64,000 nucleotides of DNA from Eubacteriales Family XIII. Incertae Sedis bacterium. Its GTDB lineage: Bacteria; Bacillota; Clostridia; Peptostreptococcales; Anaerovoracaceae. The position numbers and the translations under genes are program-made. The stretch covers positions 833 through 64,832 of the forward strand of contig JAISED010000022.1 in assembly GCA_031264295.1 (NCBI GenBank), written 5' to 3'. This document shows, piece by piece, positions 18,976 through 30,000 of the stretch (within the stretch, counting starts at the first letter, position 1; each line of letters starts with the position of its first letter). The notes beneath the pieces are model-generated. The model searched no databases. It saw nothing but the letters and a program-made list of their open reading frames with translations, and had not been told where the DNA came from.

Positions 18976-19836
18976 ATGGCAAAGAAGAAACATGGGCCTC
19001 CGCATGAAGAACATGCTGATGAGAGCTGGCTCATACCTTACGCCGATCTGCTTACATTGCTGCTCGCGCTTTTCATCGTGCTGTTTGCTTCAAGCTCAGT
19101 TGATGAAGAAAAATATAACGCTGTAGCCGAAGGTCTATATAGCGCCTTCAACGGTTATTATCTGGATCTGCTGTTTGGAGGAATAGGCGGAGACGGTTCC
19201 GGCGATATGGGCGATATGACGCTGCCATATCCCAACGCAGGCAAGGAGGGGGAAGCCGGTTCCGATGAAGAAAAGGCGGCGGCCGAAGCGGCCGCTCAAC
19301 AACTCGGCAATCTTTATGAATCATTGTCGGAATACGTTACGGAGAACAATCTTCAGGAGACCATAGCGGTTGAGTTTCAGGGTGAGAATGTTCTCGTTAC
19401 CCTGAAGAACGACGTCTGGTTTGAATCGGGAAGCGCAGAACTCACCCTCGGCATGTACAGTCAGGGACAGATGCTTGCGGAATTGATACAGTCCAACCAA
19501 ACGCCGTCGAACCCCTTGGAGATCATCGTGGCCGGTCATACCGACAATGTGCCTTCGAACTCTGCAAGATATCCGTCCAACTGGTATCTGAGCCTTTCCC
19601 GAGCGGTCAACTTCCTTACAGTACTACTGTCCGACGGGGATCTCAATCCTACGCATTTCAGCACGCGCGGCTACGGGGAATACCACCCCATCGCTTCGAA
19701 TGACACCCCCGAGGGTCGTCAGCAAAACCGGCGCGTTGAGCTGCTTATTTCAAGACCCAGAGTGATAACCCCGCCTGACAGCCTGCTTTTGGACGCATTG
19801 CAGGAGAGAGCCGAACAACGCGCCGCCGGCCAATAA
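18976..19836 (+). CDS. motB: Flagellar stator protein MotB (OmpA-like C-terminal peptidoglycan-binding domain).
   Basis: ESWLIPYADLLTLLLALFIVLFA (with the conserved Asp in the TM segment) is followed by the OmpA-like block GHTDNVP...NRRVELLI. Confidence 0.85.
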   Translation: MAKKKHGPPHEEHADESWLIPYADLLTLLLALFIVLFASSSVDEEKYNAVAEGLYSAFNGYYLDLLFGGIGGDGSGDMGDMTLPYPNAGKEGEAGSDEEKAAAEAAAQQLGNLYESLSEYVTENNLQETIAVEFQGENVLVTLKNDVWFESGSAELTLGMYSQGQMLAELIQSNQTPSNPLEIIVAGHTDNVPSNSARYPSNWYLSLSRAVNFLTVLLSDGDLNPTHFSTRGYGEYHPIASNDTPEGRQQNRRVELLISRPRVITPPDSLLLDALQERAEQRAAGQ

Positions 19837-19859
19837 ACGCCGAAGCGGCGCCGGCGTTT
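19835..19859. terminator. Bidirectional intrinsic terminator between convergent motB and metY.
   Basis: AAACGCCG-loop-CGGCGTTT forms an 8-bp GC-rich stem flanked by A- and T-runs. It lies directly after the motB stop and 12 nt from the metY stop. Confidence 0.55.
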
Positions 19860-19870
19860 ACATACTATTA

Positions 19871-21163
19871 TTATACCGCGCTGAAGGCCTTATCCAGATC
19901 GGCCAATATATCCTTTATATTCTCTGTTCCTATGGAAAGCCTTATGGTGTTCGGTTTAATGCCCTGTTCAAGCAGTTCTTCCGGCGTCAGCTGCGAATGC
20001 GTCGTGCTGGCGGGATGTATCACCAGTGACTTTACATCCGCCACATTGGCGAGAAGCGAGAATATTTCCAGATTATCTATGAACCGGCGCGCTTCCTCCG
20101 CGCCGCCTTTGATCTCAAACGTGAAGATCGAACCGGCGCCATTCGGGAAATACCTCTTATAAACGTCATGGCTGGGTTCTCCCGGCAGAGACGGATGATT
20201 GATCTTTTCCGCTTTGGGCTGGTTTTTCAGGTATTCTATCACCTTTACGGTGTTTTCTATATGCCTCTCCATCCTCAACGATAGCGTCTCTATGCCTTGG
20301 AGCAGGAGGAATGAGTTCAAGGGCGCGATGGCGGCGCCGCTGTCTCTCAGAAGCACTGCGCGTATCCTTGTGACAAATGCGGCGGGTCCCACTGCCTTTG
20401 TAAATGAAATGCCGTGATAACTGGCGTTAGGCTCTGTTATATGCGGGAATTTGCCGCTCTTTTCCCAATCAAACCTGCCGCCGTCAACGATGATCCCGCC
20501 CAGTGTGGTTCCGTGTCCGCCGATGAACTTAGTCGCCGAATGTATCACTATATCCGCGCCGTGCTCAAAGGGTCTGAGCAGATATGGCGACGTGAAGGTG
20601 TTGTCCACGACTAGGGGTATTCCGTTATCGTGAGCCGCCTTCGCGACTGCCTCTATATCAATGACATTGGAATTCGGATTTCCCATTGATTCTATAAAAA
20701 TAGCTTTGGTATTCGGTCTTATGGCGTTTTTGAAGCTGTCTTTCTCATCCGGATCTACAAATGTAGTCGTAATGCCATAATTCGGCAATGTGTGCATGAG
20801 TAGATTATAACTGCCGCCGTAGATCGTCTTAGCCGACACGATATGATCGCCCGCGAGAGCCAAGTTCCGAATCGTGTAATCAAAGGCCGCCGCTCCCGAA
20901 GCTACGGCAAGCGCCGCCACACCGCCTTCAAGGGCTGCTACACGCCTTTCCAAGACGTCCTGGGTTGGATTCGTCAGTCTTGTGTAGATATTGCCGGCGT
21001 CCGCCAGACCGAACCGCGCTGCCGCGTGTTCTGAACTATGAAAAACATAGGATGTCGTCTGGTAAATCGGCACCGCCCTTGAATCGGTAGCGGGATCCGC
21101 TTCCTCCTGTCCGATGTGGATTTGTTTAGTTTCAAACTGCCAATTGTCTGTGTTTACTGCCAT
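19871..21163 (-). CDS. metY: O-acetylhomoserine sulfhydrylase / aminocarboxypropyltransferase (Cys/Met-metabolism PLP enzyme).
   Basis: The 430-aa protein contains FETKQIHIGQE, YTRLTNPTQDVLE and the PLP-lysine block HSATKFIGGHGT. Confidence 0.85.
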   Translation of the reverse strand: MAVNTDNWQFETKQIHIGQEEADPATDSRAVPIYQTTSYVFHSSEHAAARFGLADAGNIYTRLTNPTQDVLERRVAALEGGVAALAVASGAAAFDYTIRNLALAGDHIVSAKTIYGGSYNLLMHTLPNYGITTTFVDPDEKDSFKNAIRPNTKAIFIESMGNPNSNVIDIEAVAKAAHDNGIPLVVDNTFTSPYLLRPFEHGADIVIHSATKFIGGHGTTLGGIIVDGGRFDWEKSGKFPHITEPNASYHGISFTKAVGPAAFVTRIRAVLLRDSGAAIAPLNSFLLLQGIETLSLRMERHIENTVKVIEYLKNQPKAEKINHPSLPGEPSHDVYKRYFPNGAGSIFTFEIKGGAEEARRFIDNLEIFSLLANVADVKSLVIHPASTTHSQLTPEELLEQGIKPNTIRLSIGTENIKDILADLDKAFSAV

Positions 21164-21240
21164 TTTTTCACCTCATTCTTAATTTACTATAGATTATATG
21201 ATTTCCAGTAATCGTTATACTTCTTGTTTCGATTACATTA

Positions 21241-21460
21241 CACCCACTGTCGCCATCATCGCCCGCTGCCGCCTTAACTGTCATCGCCATCGTCGCCCGC
21301 TGTTGCCTTAACTGCCGCCATCATCATCCGCTGCCGCCTTAACTGTCATCGCCATCGTCGCCCGCTGTTGCCTTAACTGTCGCCATCATCGTCCGCTGCC
21401 GCCTTAACTGCCGCCATCGTCGCCCACTGCCGCCATCGTCGTCCACTGTCACCTTAACTG
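21241..21460. repeat. Tandem array of 31-34-bp units (about 6 copies, with a 65-bp super-period) that reiterates the last codons and stop codon of the upstream membrane-protein gene.
   Basis: CCTTAACTG recurs at 21272, 21306, 21337, 21371, 21402 and 21452. The units are CCTTAACTG[TC]C[AG]..CGCCATC[AG]TC.. On the minus strand each unit reads ..GATGA[TC]GGCGA[TC]GACAGTTAAGG, which is the gene end GATGATGGCGATGACAGTTAA (DDGDDS-stop). Confidence 0.8.
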
Positions 21461-22014
21461 TCATCGCCATCATCTTCTTCTTTTTTAACATGTACATCCG
21501 GATTATGTACAAAGTGGTTGATCCCTATTGATATCCCTATCCCGACGAGCGTATCCGCAAGTCGCCTTATGCTGTGGATATACGGCGCCTCTGTCGTCTG
21601 CCCCAAGGCTATGATGAGAAACACAACGCAGCCTATGACTATGCCGTTGGTCACCTTGAGAGCGTTGCAGGTCACAATAAGCACGATTATTCCCAGTGAA
21701 ATCATCGCTATAACCAGATATGGATTATTAAAGAAAGCGTCCAGATACAGGAACAACATCCCGATCAGCGCGCCGATGAAGGTTCCGAAAAATCTGTAAA
21801 GCCCGTTGGAAAGGGTTTTTTCCATTGAATCCTGCAGGCAGATGATGGCCGCGATACACGCCAGCGAGGCATCGAATCTTGTGGTGATATTTAGAGATTC
21901 AAGGAAATGATATATTGTCAGGCAGATAAACACAACCAAGGCCGTCTTGATCGTGCGCATACCCACCGGAGAGCTTATCTTTTTGTTCTTTATATTCTTT
22001 ATGTTAATGGCCAT
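21454..22014 (-). CDS. Small integral membrane protein, aromatic-acid-exporter (ArAE_1)/FUSC-like.
   Basis: MRTIKTALVVFICLTIYHFL ... ACIAAIICLQDS ... RFFGTFIGALIGMLFLYL matches the conserved N-terminal layout of ArAE/FUSC-family proteins. Its start overlaps the alr stop by 11 nt. Confidence 0.6.
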   Translation of the reverse strand: MAINIKNIKNKKISSPVGMRTIKTALVVFICLTIYHFLESLNITTRFDASLACIAAIICLQDSMEKTLSNGLYRFFGTFIGALIGMLFLYLDAFFNNPYLVIAMISLGIIVLIVTCNALKVTNGIVIGCVVFLIIALGQTTEAPYIHSIRRLADTLVGIGISIGINHFVHNPDVHVKKEEDDGDDS

Positions 22015-23221
22015 TTTCCGCCTTTCTCATTCCTTCCGCGTCGACTTCGTCTATCGTTCCGGCGCGCTGTCTCGTTTCATATAGGAAGAGTTTAGGCAAA
22101 CGCTGTCCGAATCTGCAAGTAACCTCATACTTTATCGTGCCCGACTTGTCCGCGATCTCTTCCGGTGAAACCGACTTGCCGCCCTGAGAACCCATCACGA
22201 TAACTTCGTCGTATTCCTCAACTCCGGGCACGTCGGTTACATCTATCATGCACTGATCCATGCAGATAGTCCCGATAATGGGCGCATAACAACCGTTGAC
22301 TATGACCCTGCCGCTGCCGGTCAGCATACGCGGCAGACCGTCGGCATAGCCGAGAGGCAGTGTCCCTATCAGACTTTCCCGTTCTGTGGTAAATCCGGCG
22401 CCGTAGCTCACCGAAAATCCCGGCGGGGCTTTCTTCAGCAATACAATATTGGCTTTTACGCACATAGCCGGACGGAGAGATGTATCGTCCGCGCCAATAT
22501 GCCCATCGGGATAATAACCGTATAGGACTATGCCCGGACGAACGGCGCTGTACAAGCTCTCCGGGAAATTGAATATGGCCGCGCTGTTGGCCATGGTGCG
22601 GTAATTCACCGGAACACCTGCGCCTCTAAGTTCACTGGCGAAGCTGTCAAACTCAGCCATCTGTGCTCTGGCATATGTCTGATCCGCGCTTTCCGCAGTA
22701 GCGAAATGTGAAAAGAGGCCCTTGAGTTTAAGATTGGGCAGCCCGCTGATCATCTTGATTATACCGACGTTTTCACGCGAACGCATAAAGCCGACGCGCC
22801 CCATCCCAGTTTCCAGAGCGACAAGCGCCTCCACGCGTTTACCCATACACACCGCCTGCTCAGAGATGGCGATAGCGTCCGGCGCTGTGGAGAGCACGGG
22901 CGTCAGCTTATAGTCGATGATTTCTTTTTCATTCCCCCTGGGAGTGAGACTGAGGATCACAATGGGCAGCGTAACACCGGCGTTGCGCAAGACTATGGCT
23001 TCTTGAATCGTGGCCACGCCCAGATGTTCTACACCCTCGCCGCTTAAAGTTTCGGCGATCTTGACGGCGCCATGACCGTAAGCGTCCGCCTTCACCACTC
23101 CTATAATCTCACTGCCGCCGGTTTTCTTCCTTATCTGCCTGATATTATGCTTTATATTGTTCAGATCTATCTCCGCCCATGCAGTGCGGCGTTTTTTTCT
23201 CATGTAATAACTGTCGTCCAT
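22004..23221 (-). CDS. alr: Alanine racemase.
   Basis: WAEIDLNNIKHNIRQIR and the PLP-lysine block GVVKADAYGHGA are present. The C-terminal beta-domain blocks are SYGAGF, PLGYADG and GTICMDQCMIDV. Confidence 0.9.
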   Translation of the reverse strand: MDDSYYMRKKRRTAWAEIDLNNIKHNIRQIRKKTGGSEIIGVVKADAYGHGAVKIAETLSGEGVEHLGVATIQEAIVLRNAGVTLPIVILSLTPRGNEKEIIDYKLTPVLSTAPDAIAISEQAVCMGKRVEALVALETGMGRVGFMRSRENVGIIKMISGLPNLKLKGLFSHFATAESADQTYARAQMAEFDSFASELRGAGVPVNYRTMANSAAIFNFPESLYSAVRPGIVLYGYYPDGHIGADDTSLRPAMCVKANIVLLKKAPPGFSVSYGAGFTTERESLIGTLPLGYADGLPRMLTGSGRVIVNGCYAPIIGTICMDQCMIDVTDVPGVEEYDEVIVMGSQGGKSVSPEEIADKSGTIKYEVTCRFGQRLPKLFLYETRQRAGTIDEVDAEGMRKAENGH

Positions 23222-23325
23222 TGGTTTTCTATCTACTCCCAGTGTCTTATTCAGTCTGCCTGCTCATCCAGTTTAATGTCTCACCTTCCTCTAAGCCGTT
23301 TATCGTATACACCATATCTCATTTT

Positions 23326-23859
23326 CTATATTTCCTCCGAGAACGGTTTCCACGGCCTCTTGCTCACTGCCTCAAATATAGGTATGTACAGCCTCATAAA
23401 CCGCGCGGCGGAACGCTTCTCCGCAACAGTCATATCGAATTTCCACACGCCTCTGACATTACGCATATTGCTTCCGTCTCCGGATTTATAGCTCTCAAGC
23501 TTCTCACCGTAGCGGGCGAACAGCGCCTCGTACATCCTTCTTCTATCAGGTGAAAACTGTGAAATATATTCAACCAGCAGCTTTTGGGATTGTCCCGACA
23601 TGGCTGCTCCGTGAACGCCGTCCTTCTTCGCGTGTTCCGCAATCAGTTCTTCCCAGTCGGCTTCATTACGCGTGAGCTGTCTCCTGCTGGGTATCCTGTC
23701 CCAGTCCGGCTTTCCCGGCGGTTTGTCCGTGATCGTCTTGCGCACAACGCGGCAGCGCAGTTCTGTACTTTGCGCAGACTGACCATACTGACCGGATCGG
23801 CGGATCGGCGCCGACGCGGATCCTATCCTGCTTTTTGACGTAAGTTTGATCGTACCCAC
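23326..23859 (-). CDS. Hypothetical basic protein. No family was recognised, and the start codon is uncertain (GTG in the ORF track).
   Basis: The 177-aa ORF has protein-like composition in its C-terminal two-thirds (..QKLLVEYISQFSPDRRRMYEALFARYGEKLESYKSGDG..). It sits alone between alr and the giant SLH gene. A TATAAT lies at ~23875-23880 on the minus strand. Confidence 0.4.
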   Translation of the reverse strand: MGTIKLTSKSRIGSASAPIRRSGQYGQSAQSTELRCRVVRKTITDKPPGKPDWDRIPSRRQLTRNEADWEELIAEHAKKDGVHGAAMSGQSQKLLVEYISQFSPDRRRMYEALFARYGEKLESYKSGDGSNMRNVRGVWKFDMTVAEKRSAARFMRLYIPIFEAVSKRPWKPFSEEI

Positions 23860-24053
23860 CCCCTGCTGACGTCATTATAAACCGAACCCCGCTGCTTGTA
23901 GGCGCGGAGTTCAGTTGTCGTTGTCCATATTAATATTATAATAGAGTTTATTCAAAAAATCCATTTTTTTTACAAACTGAGAATCAGAGAATAAAAACAT
24001 CTTACTTTTCACACCCCGCTCGGTCAGCAAGGCGCTCTATTGTTCGGTATTAT

Positions 24054-27000
24054 CTATTCCCCGAGTTCCAAAAACCTGTGTATGACAGCCGCTGCTTCTG
24101 CCCTTGTCGCCCTGCCCTTCGGATCGAACACGCCGCCGGGTCGGCCGCTCAATATATCCGTACAATAGAGCGCCTTTACAGCTTCGTCCGCGTAAGCGGA
24201 TATATTGTCCGCGTCTGCGAAAACGACGTAGGGGCGTACTGCTCTCAATTCTACGCCAAGCTGTGCGGCATAACGATATATCAGGACGGCTAACTGCTCG
24301 CGGCTTATGTCGGCGCCGGGGTCAAACAGCCCGCCGCCAACGCCGTTCACTAGGCCGCTTTCCGCCGCCCAGCTCACTGCGTCGCGGTAGTAGCTTCCCT
24401 CGGCTACATCGCCGAATGCAGCCGCTGCAGATTTCGGACTGCCTGCTCGGCGCCACAGTACGGTCACGAGCATGGCTCTTGTCGTGAAATCCGCAGGACT
24501 GAACGCAGTCTGCGTTGTCCCCTCAAACAGTTTGTTTTCAAAGACGTATGCGACGTCGCCGTAGTACCACGCTGCCTCTGTCACATCTTCGAACGGTGAG
24601 TTCCATTTCACACTTCCGTCGTAGAAAACGGTGTAATTGCCGCTTATCTCGCGAGTCGATCCGTCTGCCTGCGTAATGATCGCGGCGTCGTCGTTCAGTC
24701 CACCGGCCGCGCTGCCGCCTGACCCACCGGTTGCGGAGTTGCCAACACCGCTGCCTGTTCCGTTGCCTGTTCCGCTGCCTGCGCCGCTGCTTGTGCCTCC
24801 TTCCGCACCACTGCTTGTGCCTCCTTCCGCACCACTGTCCGTGCCGCCGTCCGCACCACTGTCTGTGCCCCCTTCCGCACCACTGTCTGTGCCGCTGTCC
24901 GTGCCGCCGTCCGCACCACTGTCCGTATCGCCATCCGTACCGCTGTCCGTGCCGCTGTCCGTGCCGCTGTCCGTACCGCCGGGCGCGGGCTGTTTTTCGA
25001 CCGTGATCGTTACGGTTTTGCTCGTCGCCGTTTCTACATCATCAATAACGTAGAACACTGTAAAAATCATTTCCCTGTCCATGTCCGGATTTTCCGGCGT
25101 CGGAATATTCGCGAAATATCCATCCGCTCTCTTCTGCACAAGCGCGCGCGAAACTTCTACGTTATTGGTATTCCGAAGCAGTATGCTCATCTTTTGCGCA
25201 TTTTCAAGGTTTTCTCCTGTGATGATAATCTCGTGTATCCCCGGATATGCCGAAGCGATGGAGTCAAATGAACTGGGATCGATCACAGGCTTTCGCTGGA
25301 GAACGATCTCCGCAGTATAGTCCGCAATATCACCGTTCTCCGCCGTTACCCTGTAGATAAGCGTCAGTACCGCGTCTGTCACATTGCGGTCTGTTATTTC
25401 CACTTCGGCGTTTTGGCTTATTTTTATTTGTGAAACATGCTCGATCTTATCTTTCAGCACAGACAAATCGGTATTGTAGGGCATGACTACATAGATCGTC
25501 TTTCCGGCCTTATCGATCTCCGGCAGAGCGGTCTGCCCCTCGACATAATAGGCGATTACCTCAACATCCGACTTGAACGCCCTAGGTACGATGATCTGCG
25601 GCTTTACGCCGTGAAGTACCTGCTCCGCTCCGTCTACGCTTACACTCAAGTCATATATTTTGTCACTGTCGTCGTTCGTATTGACTATGCCGGTGAGCGC
25701 CGCCGTAAATACGCCGCCTGCATAGGCCGCATACGCCGTTATGGGTTCTTCTTCGCCGCTCGCCGCTGTTACCATTATTTTCTCCGCGAGTTCAAGCATA
25801 CTGCCCGTCAGTGTGACGGACACGCTTCCGGGATTCCATACGGCAGGCTGCGAGTAGCTGACACCGGTGACGACAGGGACGCCCTTCTTCGCCGCGGTAA
25901 AGGTCTTTGTCCCTCCATAATGCAGATTCCCTATTACATCTTGGACAAACACGCGGTACAGGTATTCCGTTCCCGCGTCAATATTCGTCAACTCTACAAA
26001 GAAGTCCGTTTTGTCCGCGGTGTTATCAAGCGTTCTTTTCGTCCAGTTCGCCTCGCTCTGCTTGCGATACTCAATCCCATATTCCACCATGAATTCATCG
26101 CGGGTCGTTATGCTGCCGAACAACTGCGCTGTGGTCTGTGTCACAATCGCGTCTCCCGTCAGGACTTCACCTGCGGGTAACTCGTCGTCGACGTTTACGT
26201 TAGCGGATATTTCAGAGAAGTTCCCCGCCTTATCATAGGCGATCAACCTGAGCGAGCCTCGGAATGCATAAGTGATAGTGGCCGTGTAGATGTTGGCGGT
26301 TCCTTCATGTGCTTCGATGTATTCTGCGTCGTAGACTGCATCGTACACCATCCCGCCTGCGTTTACTGTCACTTTGTCGATTCCGCTGCTGCTGTCCGTC
26401 ACCGTCAGATGTACCTTGAGCTGCTTGTCGGTGATGCCATCCGTGTCGGAAGGCGCCGCCCCCATGAGGGCTTGCGCCGCGGATGCGCCTTTATAAAGCG
26501 GTTCGCCGATCTCCTCAAAGATGACGTCACCGGATATTACAGGCGCCGTCTCGTCAAGCAGAAGCTGATGTGTCGTTTCGATAGAGAATCCCTTATCATC
26601 GAATACCTTTACCTGGATCGTATGCGCTCCTTCTGTTTTGGGTATCGTTGCGCGTATTACACTGCTGTTTCCGCCGAGCCATTTCTGATGCGGGCTTGTG
26701 TCCTCGCTATCCACCTTCGTTGTGTAGCTGCTGGGCGTATTCTCGAAATCGTACAGGGAAACCACGAAGTCTCTCGAACCGCCCGCGTTGATCCAGTAGG
26801 GCGCGTCAATCGCGATCTTGCCGTTATTCGCAAAGGTATTTTCCAGCGATACCTTGTATGTCCCAAGCGAAGCTCCCTCAGCCACGGGCGTGACCGTCAA
26901 TTCAAGAAGATCTTGAATCGTCTGGCCGTTTTCGCCTAAATTCATAGCTAGCTTACCGACTAAGACGCCGTCCTTAGAAGTGAGCACTGTTTCATCATTG

Positions 27001-30000
27001 CTGCTTTTCAGCTTTGCTGTAAGGGTCGCTCCGGGATTGGAAGCAATAGCGGTGATGTTCACGCTGAACAGGTTTTCCGCACTTGCCTCGTATTCCCTCT
27101 GCTGCGGATCGAAGTCCAGCGCGACGCTGTCGATTGCCAACGCCGACAGCGTATTGTCTGTATCTTCATCGCTCAATGTGACATAGTTGGTCTTTACTGT
27201 CGCGCCGGCAGTCTTAAACCGGAATGTAAGCGTATCCGAGGTTTCGCCCTCAAGCCGAATCAGTCTTCCCTCTGTCGTCAGGGATTGCTGGGTCTCAATC
27301 GATTCTCCGTCCTCGCCAATAAGGGCGGCGATCAGATTTCCGCCGCTTCCTTCTCCGTGGATGGGTGTCCACGCGAGGTTTTTAACTGTAAGGTCTGCCG
27401 TCGTTTTCCCACCGTCGTCGGAGAGTTCGGATGTAATCTGAACGGGTACGCCGTTGTTGCGCGCCACCGGATCCGTGAAGGACACGCTGCCCGCGTTGTT
27501 GGCCGCGTAGGCTTCCGCTGCCGTTTCCCCGTCTTTTTCTATCCATACATTCGCATAGAGCAGTATGCTCCCTTCATCGAAGCCGTCGTCCGGCAAGGCA
27601 TATTTGAAGTTGCCCACAAACGCGCCATTATCTATCAGGCCTAAGCGATCCCCATCGATCTCAAATACACCCGTCTTTCCGGCCACAGCCGTCATACCTG
27701 CGCCGGTATCTACAAGACTCACGCCATCTGCGGCTTCGCTGTTTACATTATTCGTATAGAAACCGATCTTGACCTTGTAGTTGGAATTTGACGCTTTAAG
27801 CCGCGCAAGCTCAATATCACTTTGGTTGTACAGCTTGATCTGAATATCCCTTTCCTTGTTTTCCTCTCTCGTTGTCTGGATGCTGCTGATTCCCGCGTCG
27901 GCGACCTGCGTTACTGCGGTCACTTCTGCCTGAATAAGGCCGCTGTCAAACCTCGCATTAACCTTTATATTTATATTTTCTATTAGCGAATCCTCGTCCG
28001 CCAGAGGGTGATACACAGTCAGCGTCACGCTCGAATTCGGCGTCAGATGCAAACCCGTGAAGTTTCTTGACGACCCTTCCAAAGCGCCGGCAGCGGTGTC
28101 TTTTGTGGCGATCGCAATCTCGGTGATCGCTTCCTTACCTTTGTTCGTCACTGTAAGCTGTAACGGCAGGCTGTTGTTATGCTTCACCTCACCGTAATCA
28201 AATATGGGATCACCGACGCCTATGTCGTTTATGAACTCGCCCGTCGCCGTCTTCATAGCCGAAATAGGTTCTGCTACGATAATCGTTCTGCCGTCCTCAA
28301 GCTCAAGCTGCTCAGTTCCGTTATCTATATCGTAATTTGTCGTCTGTAGTACCGCCTTGATTCCGTCCGCGCCGCTCAAATACACGTCGGCGTGATCCAC
28401 CTTAGTGTTCTCGTCCGCCTCCACTATGGGCATGGGCGCGGAAACGTATACGGGTTCGCCGTCCTTGTCCTGAAGAAAACGCACGGCGTAAACGGAATCC
28501 CTGTCCATATTCTGTCCTTCTTCGCCTTCGGGTATGTCCGATTTGTCGTCCATCTCAGGGGCGATCCACACTATGGACAGATCGTTTACGGAGTTGGCGT
28601 CCGTGTTCTTACCGAAACGGAACTGGTTGCTTATGACGACATCGGCGTTCTTATTGATCTCATTGATGCCGTCGGGAAAATTGCCGTACAGGGAGGCGTC
28701 CCTGTTGATCGCTCTGAGCTGTATGTCGCTCACCGCCGCATTCGCGTCCGCATCGTCCGCGCCATCTGTCAGAGGCCGCTGCGTATACCAAGCGGTTACA
28801 AACCTTTCTTCACCGTCGATCTTCGCCGTCGTCACCTGTGGGTTTTCATCCGGATAATCGTCCCTTGTGAGGAATATAGCAGGCGCCGCCACCGCTCCCG
28901 CATTATTGATCAGACTATATACGACATCCAGCTTCTGTCCTGTATTTGCCGCAAAGCTCTGTGTTCCGGTATCGCCCACATACTGAGCTGTATCAACTGT
29001 GTAAGCGACCGTCGTGTTTCCGTCCCCGTCCATAGCCGCGCTGAGTCCCTTGACCGCGCCTGATGTTCCGTTGTACAGGTTCTGTTCCGGTCCCCAGTTG
29101 CCGCTCTCATACACCCTGTACATCAGGTCGTTTTTCGCATCAAAGTTCATGGCCGCGATATGATCAGTTGAACTCGCTGCAACTCTGCGCCATATCACCA
29201 CCGCTTTATCCCCGTTCACGGCGACTACGGGCGCCATATCCGCCATGCCGTTGTCCGTAATCCGCTCAGTTTTCCACGTGTCATTGCTTTTATTATATAC
29301 GCTCACGTATATCTCCGCAGCGTTCATCATGGCGTTCAGGTCGTCCTCTGTCGCGGTCTGCCCTGTTTCAAACGCAAGCGTCTTGTTCTGTCTCTGCCAG
29401 GCCGCGACGGCCATATCCTTCTTATTCGCGAACTGCAAATTGGAATCTGCAAACTCGCTGTCGTCTATGGCCTTCGGCTGACCGTATGAACCGCCGTCCA
29501 TCAAGCTGTATTCCACCCTCGTGTTATCCAAGTCCGTAGAATCACCGTCGGACAGGAATACGACCATACTTCCGTCGTCCGTCACAAAGGGATTGGCGTA
29601 GGGATACGCATTGCTCTGCAGGTTCTCAAGTTTGTTCGGTTCATCGATAGAGAGCGGAGAAATGCCCTGCGGCTTTCCGCTGCCCCATACGCGCTCCGCC
29701 AAATCAAGGTAAGCCCGGTCTTCTACAAACATGCCCTCGCTGACCGTCTCCAGTTCGGACATGCTCGCGAAAGCCATCATCGCCGCGAATTCTTCATCGC
29801 TGAGTCCGTCCAGATTGCTGGGAAAGTTCGCCGCTTCCCTCCACGCCATGATCTCCTTCCACCTATTCGTCTCCCATTTACCTGCGGTGAAGGAATGCGA
29901 CGCGAGTATCTTTCTGTATTTGATGAACAAAATTTTCAAATAAAACTCTATGCCAACCTGACCGCCCAGTTCCGTATACTGTCCGGTCCAATTGTCTACA

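Noticed and set aside
21164-21240. SAM (S-box) riboswitch or T-box leader upstream of metY.
   Set aside because: Only ~78 nt separate the tandem array from the metY ATG. I could not find the conserved S-box core or a T-box specifier/terminator arrangement.
21241-21460. CRISPR array as an explanation for the regularly spaced repeats here and at 45124-45307.
   Set aside because: The units are directly abutting with no unique spacers. The periods are 31-34 bp, there are no cas genes or leader in the window, and the repeats are not palindromic.
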